Shown here one piece after another: positions 29,968 to 40,164 of a DNA stretch of 64,000 nucleotides. Each line of letters starts with the position of its first letter. Position 1 is the stretch's first letter. Source of the stretch: Calditrichaceae bacterium (GTDB lineage: Bacteria; Calditrichota; Calditrichia; Calditrichales; JBFXGD01); the NCBI GenBank assembly GCA_050173015.1, contig JBFXLE010000003.1:160001-224000 (forward strand), read 5' to 3'. The notes under the pieces are model-generated. The model had not been told where the DNA came from, did not search any database, and was given only the letters and a program-made list of their open reading frames with translations. Made by a program: the position numbers and the translations under genes.

Positions 29968-31263
29968 TCAGATTACCACTTTTTTATAGGTGACCTTTTC
30001 ATCAACTCTCTGGAATAACGCAAAACCCGCCACAAAAAACAACAAAACAGAAAGAACCGCTATTCTCTGACTTCCTGTGGTGGTGGAAATGATACCAAAG
30101 AGCAGTGGACCCAGAATAGACGAAAATTTCCCCGTCAACGCGTAGAATCCATAAAATTCCGCTTCCATTCCTTCAGGGATCAGAATACCCATCAGTGCCC
30201 GGCTGGCTGACTGTGATGAACCCATGGCTATACCCGCGATCAATCCAACCGCATAAAATGAGAGTTGATCATAGGAGAAAAATGCGCCGACAGAGACCCC
30301 CATCCACATAAATAATGTGAGATTGATGGTCTTCTTGGGACCAAGTTTATCTGTAAGAAAGCCAAATACATAGGCACCTGAAATTGCCGAGAATTGAATT
30401 ATCGCAAAAAATGTTATTATTTCAACCATCGAAAATCCGAGTGTATCTTTCGCAAAAATCCCGCCAAAGTAAATAACAGTATTAACCCCGTCTATATAGA
30501 TAAAATAGGCAATTAAAAACTTTACAATCTCCGGAAATTCCCTGATCATCTTTAGAGTTTTACGGAATCTTTTATAACCTTCCTTTACATAGCTGTTTAC
30601 CTGAACCGATATATTGTATTTTTTTTCGGTAACCATAAAATAAAACGGTGTGGAAAACACAAGAAAAAAAAGCCCGGCCCAGAGAAATGTCGGCCGCATA
30701 AGTGATAAATCATCCGCGACAAATGCCATGTTTGCATAAGGCAGCGCGATAAGCAGAGACAATAAAGAACCGATATATCCGAAGGCAAATCCGTAACCGG
30801 ATATTTTTCCGATATTGTCTGGTTTTGAGATCTGTGGTAAGAATCCGTTATAAAAAACAATGGCGCCTTCAAAACCGATATTTCCGACGACAAAAAGAAA
30901 TAGCCCCTGCCAAACCATTCCAGGCTCAAGAAAAGTCAGCATAATGGTGCTGGCGATACAAAACATGGAATAAACAAATAAAAAATATTTTTTCCGGCTG
31001 TTAAAATCGGCGATCGCCCCAAGCAATGGCGAACTTACAGCAACTATAAACATCGAAATAGCGCCGCCAAGCCCCCAGTATAAATCTCCCGGATTCCGCT
31101 CTATACCAAAAAAAGATATTGTTTGCCCCGAAACAATATACTGTTTGAAATATACCGCATATACTACCGTCACAACGATAACGCTGAAAGAAGTATTTGC
31201 AAAATCGTACAGTGTCCATGCAAATATTTCTTTTTTATCCTTTTTTTTCTGATCGCGGGACAA
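29968..31263 (-). CDS. MFS transporter (UMF1/ATG22-like)
   Basis: W.LYDFAN, SPLLGAIAD, SQSASRAL; about 12 TM segments. Confidence 0.9.
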   Translation of the reverse strand: MSRDQKKKDKKEIFAWTLYDFANTSFSVIVVTVVYAVYFKQYIVSGQTISFFGIERNPGDLYWGLGGAISMFIVAVSSPLLGAIADFNSRKKYFLFVYSMFCIASTIMLTFLEPGMVWQGLFLFVVGNIGFEGAIVFYNGFLPQISKPDNIGKISGYGFAFGYIGSLLSLLIALPYANMAFVADDLSLMRPTFLWAGLFFLVFSTPFYFMVTEKKYNISVQVNSYVKEGYKRFRKTLKMIREFPEIVKFLIAYFIYIDGVNTVIYFGGIFAKDTLGFSMVEIITFFAIIQFSAISGAYVFGFLTDKLGPKKTINLTLFMWMGVSVGAFFSYDQLSFYAVGLIAGIAMGSSQSASRALMGILIPEGMEAEFYGFYALTGKFSSILGPLLFGIISTTTGSQRIAVLSVLLFFVAGFALFQRVDEKVTYKKVVI

Positions 31264-31305
31264 AGTGTTTATTTTAGTTCTCCCTGAAATTATTGAATAT
31301 TATAC

Positions 31306-31339
31306 AAAAAAAAACCTTCTCTTATCAATAGAGAAGGTT
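31306..31339 (-). terminator. Intrinsic terminator after mglA
   Basis: AACCTTCTCT/AGAGAAGGTT stem plus U tract. Confidence 0.75.
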
Positions 31340-31379
31340 ATTGAAATCATTTGCGCATCAGAGAATCGGGACGCTGATC

Positions 31380-31964
31380 TTAGAGTTGTGTCTGTACGTT
31401 CTGAACAACCAGATTAATCACAGATTTCAGAGTATTGAAAACACCGTCGCCTTTTACCGCAACCCCCTCGAAATGAGGCACCCCAAAAAAATTAAGTCTT
31501 TTTTGCAAAACTTCCACAGACTCCACGCCCGGCAAGTCACGTTTATTATATTGTATTACCCATGGAAAATTCTCAAGTGTCTGCCCGTCCTGTTTGATAT
31601 TGCTTTCAAGATCCAGCAGCGTCTCAATATTGGCTTCCATCCGATGCGGTTGTGAATCGGCAACGAATACGATTCCGTCAACTCCATTTAGAATTACTTT
31701 ACGGCTCGAAGCGTAATAAACCTGTCCCGGAACAGTGTATAAGTTGAATTTAGGTTTTTTGCCTTTGATCCGACCGACTTCGATCTGCATAAAATCAAAG
31801 AATATGGTACGATCTTCTTTCGTTTTCAATGACACAAGCTCCCCGGTAAGCGACGGATCGAGCTTCGTGTGAATATACTCAAGATTCGTTGTTTTGCCGC
31901 TCATTCCCGGACCGTAATAGACGATTTTTAGATTTATTTCCTGTAAAGCCCAATTTATAAACAT
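31380..31964 (-). CDS. mglA: MglA-family small GTPase
   Basis: KIVYYGPGMSGKTTNL, DRTIFFDF, TVPGQVYY, NKRD motifs. Confidence 0.95.
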   Translation of the reverse strand: MFINWALQEINLKIVYYGPGMSGKTTNLEYIHTKLDPSLTGELVSLKTKEDRTIFFDFMQIEVGRIKGKKPKFNLYTVPGQVYYASSRKVILNGVDGIVFVADSQPHRMEANIETLLDLESNIKQDGQTLENFPWVIQYNKRDLPGVESVEVLQKRLNFFGVPHFEGVAVKGDGVFNTLKSVINLVVQNVQTQL

Positions 31965-32000
31965 TCTCCATCCTCGCGACTTTTAACCGTTTATGCCCTA

Positions 32001-32513
32001 TTATTTAAAAGTATCATCCAGCGCATCACCCAGGAGGGTGCTAAAATCTGAATCGATAATATTTGAATCTTCAGAATCATCTCCGGATTGATCTTCCAGC
32101 ATTGAAATAAGATCTTCAATCGCTTTTTTGGTATAAATTCGAATCAATCCCAATGTCACGCTTACATCGAATACGACAACCAGGAAAAAGTTATCACCGA
32201 CATTGGAAAGATACACATTTCTTTTTTCCCCCTCATGAAAAAGCAGTTTAAATTTCGCTTCTTCACCTACTAATTTAGCCATTTCAGATGTTGCGGCAAA
32301 ATCACTCGCGGCAAGGGCGGAAAGCACAGTCGTATTCATATCTTCCGTGTTTCCACGCTGGCTTATCAACTGACCGCTCATATCCGCAAATAATATCGCT
32401 GATGCTTTAGTTTTGTTCGCAAGCTCAGACAATACCTTTGTGATACCGTCATATTGTTTACCGTTTAATATGACCTGCCGGCTTCCATCTTTGAGTTTTC
32501 TTATTTGTACCAT
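32001..32513 (-). CDS. mglB: MglB roadblock/LC7 protein (putative GAP)
   Basis: D.SGQLI...LSALAASDFAATSEMA...LFHEGEK...TLGLIR; directly upstream of mglA. Confidence 0.9.
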   Translation of the reverse strand: MVQIRKLKDGSRQVILNGKQYDGITKVLSELANKTKASAILFADMSGQLISQRGNTEDMNTTVLSALAASDFAATSEMAKLVGEEAKFKLLFHEGEKRNVYLSNVGDNFFLVVVFDVSVTLGLIRIYTKKAIEDLISMLEDQSGDDSEDSNIIDSDFSTLLGDALDDTFK

Positions 32514-32533
32514 AAAATTTCCCTCACTCTTAT

Positions 32534-33292
32534 TTAAATACGCAAGGTTTGACGTTTTTTGAGACGATCTAAGGCAATTTTCACACTTTCCCGCAATCTT
32601 TCTAACGCCTCACCCAGGCTTTGTATTTCATCATTTGTTTTTACAAAGATTTTCTCATCAAGATTTCCCTGGCTGATATCGTCAGCTTTCCTTGTTAGAT
32701 ATAAGATAGGCTTAATTATCCGATTTGCAAGAAATATTACAATAACAATCCCTATAAAAGTTATACTCAATATTGTAAGGATTACAATAAAAATTGTTGT
32801 CCTGACCGTCTCGTCAACATATGCCTTTTTCATTCCGACACGAATATAACCCAAATAGCCATCCTGAACCGGACCCGTTATATCATAACATGTTAAGTCA
32901 TTGTCCTGCAATGTAATTAGCTCAGGCAGTTCATCGACCGTTCGTCCTTCCAGACTCTTGTTTTTCAGTACTTCGGGAACCTGCCCGTTATATGTATCTG
33001 CTAAGATACGTCCTTCGCTGTCATGAATCAATATGTATTCAACACTTTCAAAATTTAAATCACCCGTAATCAGGTGCCTTAAACCAATCTCATCCTCCGC
33101 CAGGATAAGTTCCGCGGAAAAGCTCGACAGGTTAACGGCTATCGTTCTGCCGCGTTCAATTAATTCTTTTTCAAGGCTTTCACTCACGGTCTTATTTACG
33201 ATGAAAACGATGAGAAGCCCCAGCAATAAATTACTGATGATCAAAATACTGCTTATTTTCCATTTTAAGCTGATAAATTTCACTTTACTCAA
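32534..33292 (-). CDS. Two-TM sensor-HAMP protein without an output domain
   Basis: TM, periplasmic domain, TM, HAMP (IKPI..L...NDEIQSLGEAL); ends shortly after the HAMP. Confidence 0.8.
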   Translation of the reverse strand: MSKVKFISLKWKISSILIISNLLLGLLIVFIVNKTVSESLEKELIERGRTIAVNLSSFSAELILAEDEIGLRHLITGDLNFESVEYILIHDSEGRILADTYNGQVPEVLKNKSLEGRTVDELPELITLQDNDLTCYDITGPVQDGYLGYIRVGMKKAYVDETVRTTIFIVILTILSITFIGIVIVIFLANRIIKPILYLTRKADDISQGNLDEKIFVKTNDEIQSLGEALERLRESVKIALDRLKKRQTLRI

Positions 33293-33794
33293 GTCCTTTT
33301 TTGATATAGTTTAGCATGACACTTTGAAATTTTATTTTTTTCTCGCCATCATTAATTTCATCGCTGATCAATTCAATCAGATCAGGTATTCGCTCCGCCA
33401 TAAACTTATCCGTACCTTCACCCATTTCAATGAGCGTGTCTTCAATAAGGAACGGCGCTACCGGCCCTATTACCGCCATTAATTCTTTTTCAAGATTTTC
33501 AAAAAACTCATGATTCACCAATTTGGTTTGTGGCTTTTCAGTCGATTGTATTTCAATCAGACCTTTTTCAAGTAATCCGATAAACAGACCAATCGCCTCT
33601 TCCTCCGTCAAAGCAAGGACCTGCGCGATATCATCAAGGCTTTTATTCCCGTCAACCTGGGTAATTACTGCCCACTCCGCAGACCTTAATGTAACATCGG
33701 TCGGTGATTTTGAACCCGTCAGCCCGAATATGACGTGCGAATGAGGAATAATGTCTTTGTAATCTTTTTTATCCACAGGTAAAATCCATTTCAA
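33285..33794 (-). CDS. Winged-helix plus helical-domain protein of the Mgl cluster
   Basis: EW.VI.QVDG..S..DIA..L...GLLEKGLI and LMAVIGPVAPFLIED, resembling C-terminal modules of DUF4388 proteins. Confidence 0.6.
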   Translation of the reverse strand: MKWILPVDKKDYKDIIPHSHVIFGLTGSKSPTDVTLRSAEWAVITQVDGNKSLDDIAQVLALTEEEAIGLFIGLLEKGLIEIQSTEKPQTKLVNHEFFENLEKELMAVIGPVAPFLIEDTLIEMGEGTDKFMAERIPDLIELISDEINDGEKKIKFQSVMLNYIKKGLE

Positions 33795-33809
33795 AATAGC
33801 TGAAAAATT

Positions 33810-34247
33810 TTATCTCAGCTTGTTGATAAGCCGGACTTCGTTTTCGTCCAGCTCTCCTTTATTTATATGATATGTTTTATCTGCCGTCTGATCCTTTATC
33901 GCTTTTGTCAGCTTTTTATCCTCAAGAAGGTTTGCAAGAGCCACATTTAATGTAATACGTAACAGAGATAAAACCTTGGGAGTTTTGCAAAGAATTACCA
34001 ATAACATATTGTTGGTATATCTGCAAATCACATACTGATCCTGCCAGTAAAATTCGATCTCGGTAATAGTCAGACTGCGTAAATGATAACCGGAAAGAAT
34101 CCTGAGAACATGCACTGTTAGTTGTTCAAGAACGGCATCCTTTTCGTCAATTCCTAATTTTTCAATGACATTTCCGCGTCCCGAAGCGATATATACGCCT
34201 CGGACACCATCGATATTCAAAATTTCCTGCAGCCATCTGTCAGTCAT
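33810..34247 (-). CDS. Roadblock/longin-like small protein
   Basis: LQEILNIDGVRGVYIASGRG N-terminus and LSLLRITLN C-terminal helix. Confidence 0.55.
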   Translation of the reverse strand: MTDRWLQEILNIDGVRGVYIASGRGNVIEKLGIDEKDAVLEQLTVHVLRILSGYHLRSLTITEIEFYWQDQYVICRYTNNMLLVILCKTPKVLSLLRITLNVALANLLEDKKLTKAIKDQTADKTYHINKGELDENEVRLINKLR

Positions 34248-34292
34248 CTGATCATTCCTTAATTTCTGCAGATTTCAACCATCCCTGAATTA

Positions 34293-35306
34293 TCAGGCAA
34301 TCTCTGTGCTGAAATATTCTCTTAATTGTATTTTATCAATTTTTTCCGAATACTCCTCGACGAAAGCGTGGATTAGTAAATCCATAAAGGAGTACTTTGA
34401 TGTTTTATCGTCAATTAATGGCTTAAGTTGAGTAAAAACATTCGCAATCATCGATCCAAAATCAATTTTTGTAATTGAGTCAAGCCCTGTGAATCGATTT
34501 TGCCCGTAATGAACATCATTCACATTCAGTGTTTTGCAGCTTTCTTCCCAAAGCGCTGAAAAAAGAGCTTCCATATCTTCATTTTCGTTTAATGAATCAA
34601 TCGCGTTAACAATACGATTTTTGAGCTCAAGCACAATTTCTGATATTTCAAGCAACTCAAGCAGCTCGGAAAATTTCTGACTTTCCTCATATGAACGCAG
34701 CGCGTCACAACTTTCAAGCGAAATATCGGTGCTAATCGTTTCTGCAATCTGTAATATTTTTTTGAACAAACGGGCCTGTCCTCTTTCAAAGACCTGTTTA
34801 CCCGCATTGTTATTCAGGACCGCGGCAGCTATCCCGCCGTTCATCAAATAAATTGAAGCCCTTGCCTGCTGATCACCAAATATGATATTTATAAATCCAT
34901 AATCTGTTTTCCTGGATGATTCCTGGATATACTTTTCCAGGGCATTACTGTTTAGATTTTGTTTCTCGTCAAGTATTTTATTCTGGAACATGGCCAGAAG
35001 GAAAGGGACCAGCTCATAATCAACTAAAAAAGTGCTAATGGATCCGTCTTTCTCTCTAAATCGGTTATAAATACCTAATAATGCCTGTATCCCCGATTCA
35101 ATCTGCTTCCCTTTTTGTTCATATGCCTGAACAATATTTCCTGTATCAAATATTAAAAAACCTTCATAACCCCAAAATTCCAGCTTCAAATACCCTGAAA
35201 AACGGGATTCCTTGAGATCTTTGATCAGCAACCACATATGTGTATACTGTGTTGCCAGGTTCTTATGCTGCGGTTCCCCCGTTATGACTAGCACATTTGT
35301 ATTCAT
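34293..35306 (-). CDS. Tandem DUF4388/DUF2226-like protein
   Basis: Two repeats: FSGYLKL...GFLIFDTGNIVQA and YGFINI...SIYLMNGGIAAA. Confidence 0.55.
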   Translation of the reverse strand: MNTNVLVITGEPQHKNLATQYTHMWLLIKDLKESRFSGYLKLEFWGYEGFLIFDTGNIVQAYEQKGKQIESGIQALLGIYNRFREKDGSISTFLVDYELVPFLLAMFQNKILDEKQNLNSNALEKYIQESSRKTDYGFINIIFGDQQARASIYLMNGGIAAAVLNNNAGKQVFERGQARLFKKILQIAETISTDISLESCDALRSYEESQKFSELLELLEISEIVLELKNRIVNAIDSLNENEDMEALFSALWEESCKTLNVNDVHYGQNRFTGLDSITKIDFGSMIANVFTQLKPLIDDKTSKYSFMDLLIHAFVEEYSEKIDKIQLREYFSTEIA

Positions 35307-35950
35307 TAACCCATTGCCTGTTTTATCAGTGGTAAGATGACATCCAGCTTTGTTTTATCGTTTAAAACCATGATGATTAAGAATTGATTATAGGAAGTGA
35401 CAACATATCTCAAAGAACCAACAAGAACACTTACGAATTCCGGCTCGGTTACACTCATAATATCAGCAATTTTACCGGCTTCAAGCATCGAAAAGGCATG
35501 AAGCGCTTCATTATCCTTATCAGAATCTTGTTCGCTTTTCGCAATCAGAGTGCCATCCCGTTCAATCATTTTTACAGACTGAACCCCTTTTACCGTAAGC
35601 AGCCTTTCAAACAACCGGTGGAATCTATGCTCCGGCGCCTCATCGGCATTGTCAAGCTGATGCAAACCTTCCAGCAACAAACTGTTCCAGCTTGTTTTAA
35701 TCGTCTTTACCGGGGCGTGTACATCGCTTTCCACTTTAAACGTTCCGTCATACAGCGTCAACAACCTGTAAACCGCTTTCTCACCTATCTCCGGCTCAAA
35801 TTCCGCGTGAACAACCTGACCGTTTTCAAAATAAATAAATCCAAACTTGCCGCCACGCTCTATTGTCAATTTAGCCGTGTTGCGTTCCATGCAATTTAAC
35901 TGGATTAAACTCGGAAGTTTTAGATCCTTTAAGTTTCCTACTAATGCCAT
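35306..35950 (-). CDS. DUF4388 (PatA-N-like) domain plus roadblock-like domain
   Basis: MALVGNLKDLKLPSLIQL...G.IYFENGQVVHA...LLLEG; C-terminal VKGVQSV..IERDG. Confidence 0.8.
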   Translation of the reverse strand: MALVGNLKDLKLPSLIQLNCMERNTAKLTIERGGKFGFIYFENGQVVHAEFEPEIGEKAVYRLLTLYDGTFKVESDVHAPVKTIKTSWNSLLLEGLHQLDNADEAPEHRFHRLFERLLTVKGVQSVKMIERDGTLIAKSEQDSDKDNEALHAFSMLEAGKIADIMSVTEPEFVSVLVGSLRYVVTSYNQFLIIMVLNDKTKLDVILPLIKQAMG

Positions 35951-35951
35951 T

Positions 35952-36317
35952 TTATCCCAGTATGTCTAGTACAATTTTTTTAAATTCTTTCATTTCAAAT
36001 GGTTTTTCTATGTAAAACCTGGCGCCAAGCTTTAATACTTCATCACGTCTGTCACTCGATCCATATGCTGTCATGATCACAACTTCCGTTCGCGGAAAGT
36101 CATTTTTGACTCTTTTTAGCAAGTCGATACCACTCATGCCGGGCATTAAAATATCGGTTATGATCAGATCAAATGGATTATCCTGAATTTTTGTGAGGGC
36201 CTCATCACCTGAATTGGCAGTGATGACTTCGTAGTCATTATCAGATAGTATAAAACTCTGATAGAGACTAAATGTTAAAGTCTCTTCATCATCAACAATG
36301 AGTAGCCTTTTTGCCAT
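35952..36317 (-). CDS. Single-domain response regulator
   Basis: IVDDE, TDILMP (phospho-acceptor Asp), MTAY, EKPF motifs. Confidence 0.95.
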   Translation of the reverse strand: MAKRLLIVDDEETLTFSLYQSFILSDNDYEVITANSGDEALTKIQDNPFDLIITDILMPGMSGIDLLKRVKNDFPRTEVVIMTAYGSSDRRDEVLKLGARFYIEKPFEMKEFKKIVLDILG

Positions 36318-36319
36318 GC

Positions 36320-37567
36320 TTAAACCTGTTCCGTTTTATTATTGAGTACTACCGGCAAATAAATACTAAAAACCGCTCCTTCGCCCTGCCGGGATTGAAC
36401 TTCGATCTTGCCATTATTTTCTTCCAGCAACCGGGTAGAAATGGACAGTCCCAGTCCCACGCCATCCGCTTTTGTTGTATAGAACGGATTAAATATTTTT
36501 TCATGTTTTTCGACAGGGATACCCGGTCCGGAATCTTTAATCCTGACATACACCACGGTACGTCCCTGCTGATTTTCACTTAACCGGATTCCATCGGTTT
36601 CACCGACTTCCACCTGAATCTCACCGCCTTTTGGCATGGCTTCGGCCGCATTGATAAACAAATTCAGCACAACCTGTTCAATCTGACTTTCATCTGCAAA
36701 AATTTTATGCTTATTTTCCGAAAAATTCGTTCTGTACTGTATTTTATGTTTTTTAAATCTGCTCGCCATTAAAAGGTAAACACCGTCAATAATATTTTCA
36801 ATATGATGAAAGTCCTGCTTTGGCTTGTTTGGCCTTGCAAAATTAAAAAACCTTTTCAGCAGCTCATTACTTCTGTCAATTTCCTTTACAATTCTCGTCA
36901 CTAACTGTGTTCTGAAGTTATCCTCATTATAACTATCTTCGAGCACTTGAGCGGAAGCTTTAATTCCTGCGAGCGGATTTCTTATTTCATGGGCAATTCC
37001 CGCCGCCAATTCTCCGAGTGTGGCCAGCCGGTCCATGCGCTCAATTTGTTTCCGTAAGGTAGTAATATAGGTGATATCACGGAATATGAAGATTATCCCA
37101 TCAAAAGTGTGATCATCCGATTGTTTTAACAACGTCGTGCTAAAGCCGATGGGTATTAACTTTCCGTTACCCGAAACAAGCTCCGCCTCCTTACTCTCAA
37201 ACATGGCTTTTTCATCGACAATTTCCCGGATGATCCGGCGGATCAAATCTTCGTCATCAAAAAGAAGCTCGACCTTTTTGCCAAGAATTTCATCACTGCC
37301 ATACTCCAGTATTTCAAGCGCGGCCCGATTCAGAAATGTGATGTATCCTTTCATGTCTATCGTGAATATACCGCTGGATATATTTTGAGTGATACCTTTG
37401 TGAAACCGGAAAATTTTCTCCAGATCGCTGTACCTTTTCAGCAATAAGTCATATTTTTTTTTGAGAGTTTCGTGAACCTCGCTATTCGGCTGATTGCCAT
37501 CCAATTCCGCGAGAATTTTGTTAATACGGGAAGCTGCTTCTTTTTTACTCTCAAAACGTTTGCTCAT
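36320..37567 (-). CDS. Cytoplasmic PAS-domain sensor histidine kinase
   Basis: PAS domain; H-box AHEIRNPL; NLFINA, DSGPG, F.PFYTTK, GLGL motifs. Confidence 0.95.
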   Translation of the reverse strand: MSKRFESKKEAASRINKILAELDGNQPNSEVHETLKKKYDLLLKRYSDLEKIFRFHKGITQNISSGIFTIDMKGYITFLNRAALEILEYGSDEILGKKVELLFDDEDLIRRIIREIVDEKAMFESKEAELVSGNGKLIPIGFSTTLLKQSDDHTFDGIIFIFRDITYITTLRKQIERMDRLATLGELAAGIAHEIRNPLAGIKASAQVLEDSYNEDNFRTQLVTRIVKEIDRSNELLKRFFNFARPNKPKQDFHHIENIIDGVYLLMASRFKKHKIQYRTNFSENKHKIFADESQIEQVVLNLFINAAEAMPKGGEIQVEVGETDGIRLSENQQGRTVVYVRIKDSGPGIPVEKHEKIFNPFYTTKADGVGLGLSISTRLLEENNGKIEVQSRQGEGAVFSIYLPVVLNNKTEQV

Positions 37568-37677
37568 TCGGCTATCTTTATTGCTGACTCTGAAAAATCT
37601 ATGGGATATGTGACTATTTTTTATGGAATTTAAAACTTTATTTTAAAGATTTCATCGCTTGATTGCAACTGTTTTAT

Positions 37678-40125
37678 TCAACCAAGCAGGGTTGGATCAA
37701 CATCAACAACAACTTGAATACCGGATTGCCGGTTATTATAGAATGGAGTCATCAACTTCTGTAAAATTTTTTTTGTCCGGTTTCCCGATGGATCTGTCTG
37801 AGGATTTAATTTAATATTGACCTGCCACTTATAGAGGTTATTCACTCTGGGGATGACAGAAGGAGCCGGACCTATCACTTCACAATATCCGCGGGCGTCT
37901 CTGCGGGTCCGTCCCGCAATTTTACGGGCTGTCTCGATGGCATCATTCATTTTTTCGGCAGAAACAAGAACTTGAATGATCTTGTAGAATGGAGGATATT
38001 TAAAATTTTTGCGATGCTCTAATTCTTCATTATAAAATCCGATGAAATCGTGGTTGCGGGCATGCTGAATCGCATAATGACTGTAAACATAGGTTTGAAT
38101 CACCACTTCACCCGGCTTTTTCCCTCTACCCGATCGGCCCGAAACCTGTGTAAGCAGGTGAAAAATCCTCTCAGATGCCCGAAAATCCGGCAGCGAAAGC
38201 CCTACGTCGGCGGATATGACGCCGACCAATGTCACATTGGCGAAATCAAGCCCTTTCGCGATCATCTGTGTTCCGAGTAAAACATCGGCATCACCGTTAG
38301 CAAATGATTTTAGAATGGTGTCGTGCATATTTTTGCCCCGCGTCGTATCCTGATCCATACGCAGAATTCTTATTTCCGGGTAGCATTTTTGAAGCTCCTG
38401 CTGGATTCTTTGGGTACCGATACCTTTGTATTTTATCTGTTCACCACCGCATGATGGACAATCCGTATAGGCAGCATGATGATAGCCGCATAAATGACAT
38501 TGAAGGGATTCGTTGAAGGAATGATAAGTGAGGCTCACTTCACAATTTGGACAGGCCGCAATAAATCCGCATTCCGTACACTGTAAAAATGATGAATAGC
38601 CTCGTTTGTTTTGTAAAATTAAAATTTGTTCTTTCTTATGCAGTCTTTCGTCTATTTTATCCAATAATACTCTGGAAAAAAGATTGGTTTCTCTCTCCTG
38701 GCGGCCCTTTTTTTGACGCATATCCACAATATGCACTTCAGGCAATTTGATATTTTCGACCCGGTTTTGGATCCGGAGCAGTCTGAACTTGTTTTTTGAC
38801 ACATTAAAATAAGATTCCATGCTGGGTGTTGCCGATCCCAGGATTATTAACGCCTGATTCATTCGCGCCCAGTAAATGGCCACATCCCGGGCATGGTAGC
38901 GCGGCGTGATATCACTCTGCTTATAACTTGATTCGTGCTCTTCATCAACGACTATCAAACCGATATTTTTTAATGGCGCGAATAAGGCCGAGCGCGGCCC
39001 CACCACAATTTTAACTCGATCCTCATAGCAAGCCATCCATGCGTCAAATCGTTCCCCGACCGACATTTTACTGTGAAAAACGGCAATTTGATCTGAAAAA
39101 ATATTCTTAAACCTGCTTACCGTTTGAGGCGTCAGTGATATTTCCGGAATTAGAATTATGGCGGTCTGTCCGCGGGAAATAACCTTTTTTAGCACTTCGA
39201 TATAGACCTGAGTTTTCCCGCTCCCCGTAATTCCGTGCAACAAAAAAGTAGCGAATTGACCGGTTTCCATTTGCAGCGCCACCTGTCGGACAGCATTCTC
39301 CTGCTCATCCGTAAGGACGATTTCCTTAATATCTTCATGATAATCAAATTCCGGCGCGCGTTCAACCTGCATATCGGAAACATCACATATACCCAGGTTT
39401 TTCATTTTTTGAAGCGTGCCCGTAGCCATTTTAGTTTTTTTTAAAAACTCAGACATCAGAATATCTTTACCGGCATTGTCGAGCAGATAATCATCTACTT
39501 CCGGACGTCGCTTCACATATTTCAGGAAATCATCAAAATTTGTTTTTATTGTAACATAATCAACCGGAACGGATACAAATTTTCTGGTTAATATTCCAAC
39601 CCTTTGCTGCTTTCTTTCCACGTCTCGTTTTACAAGCCCCTTTTCTTCAAGAACTTTAAGATTGTTGTAAAAGGATCCCTGTCCATTTTTTTTCCTGTAA
39701 TAGTCTTTTGATTTGCCGGGATTGGATCCGATTAACAGGTACAGATCTCTTTGGCGCTCTGATAATTTCTTATCAAAATTTACCTCAGAAATACTAATAT
39801 ATTCCTTGTCTTCCGTATCTATTCCTTTGGGCAATGCCATCTGGACGGTCTGCCCCAGGCCGGAAATATAATAATCGGAGATCCATTTCATCAGCTCGAG
39901 CATACGTTCCGAGATAAGCGGCTTATCATCAAGTATATCGATAATGTCTTTTACCGAACTGTATTCAGATTTATTTGTTAAGACGGTAACAACACCGGTG
40001 ATATTTCGTTTTCCAAAAGGCGCGAGGACACGCATACCGGGCTCTATCCGATTCAGCTCCTCCGGAATCCTGTAAGTAAAAGAATGATTTATCGGTAAGT
40101 TAAAAACGACTTCTGCAAATGGCAT
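37678..40125 (-). CDS. priA: Primosomal protein N'
   Basis: GITGSGKT, DEEHE, four CxxC zinc sites, GTQMIAKGLDF. Confidence 0.97.
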   Translation of the reverse strand: MPFAEVVFNLPINHSFTYRIPEELNRIEPGMRVLAPFGKRNITGVVTVLTNKSEYSSVKDIIDILDDKPLISERMLELMKWISDYYISGLGQTVQMALPKGIDTEDKEYISISEVNFDKKLSERQRDLYLLIGSNPGKSKDYYRKKNGQGSFYNNLKVLEEKGLVKRDVERKQQRVGILTRKFVSVPVDYVTIKTNFDDFLKYVKRRPEVDDYLLDNAGKDILMSEFLKKTKMATGTLQKMKNLGICDVSDMQVERAPEFDYHEDIKEIVLTDEQENAVRQVALQMETGQFATFLLHGITGSGKTQVYIEVLKKVISRGQTAIILIPEISLTPQTVSRFKNIFSDQIAVFHSKMSVGERFDAWMACYEDRVKIVVGPRSALFAPLKNIGLIVVDEEHESSYKQSDITPRYHARDVAIYWARMNQALIILGSATPSMESYFNVSKNKFRLLRIQNRVENIKLPEVHIVDMRQKKGRQERETNLFSRVLLDKIDERLHKKEQILILQNKRGYSSFLQCTECGFIAACPNCEVSLTYHSFNESLQCHLCGYHHAAYTDCPSCGGEQIKYKGIGTQRIQQELQKCYPEIRILRMDQDTTRGKNMHDTILKSFANGDADVLLGTQMIAKGLDFANVTLVGVISADVGLSLPDFRASERIFHLLTQVSGRSGRGKKPGEVVIQTYVYSHYAIQHARNHDFIGFYNEELEHRKNFKYPPFYKIIQVLVSAEKMNDAIETARKIAGRTRRDARGYCEVIGPAPSVIPRVNNLYKWQVNIKLNPQTDPSGNRTKKILQKLMTPFYNNRQSGIQVVVDVDPTLLG

Positions 40126-40164
40126 GTTCTAAAATTAGTTATTTGAATGACTAAAGCAATAGAG

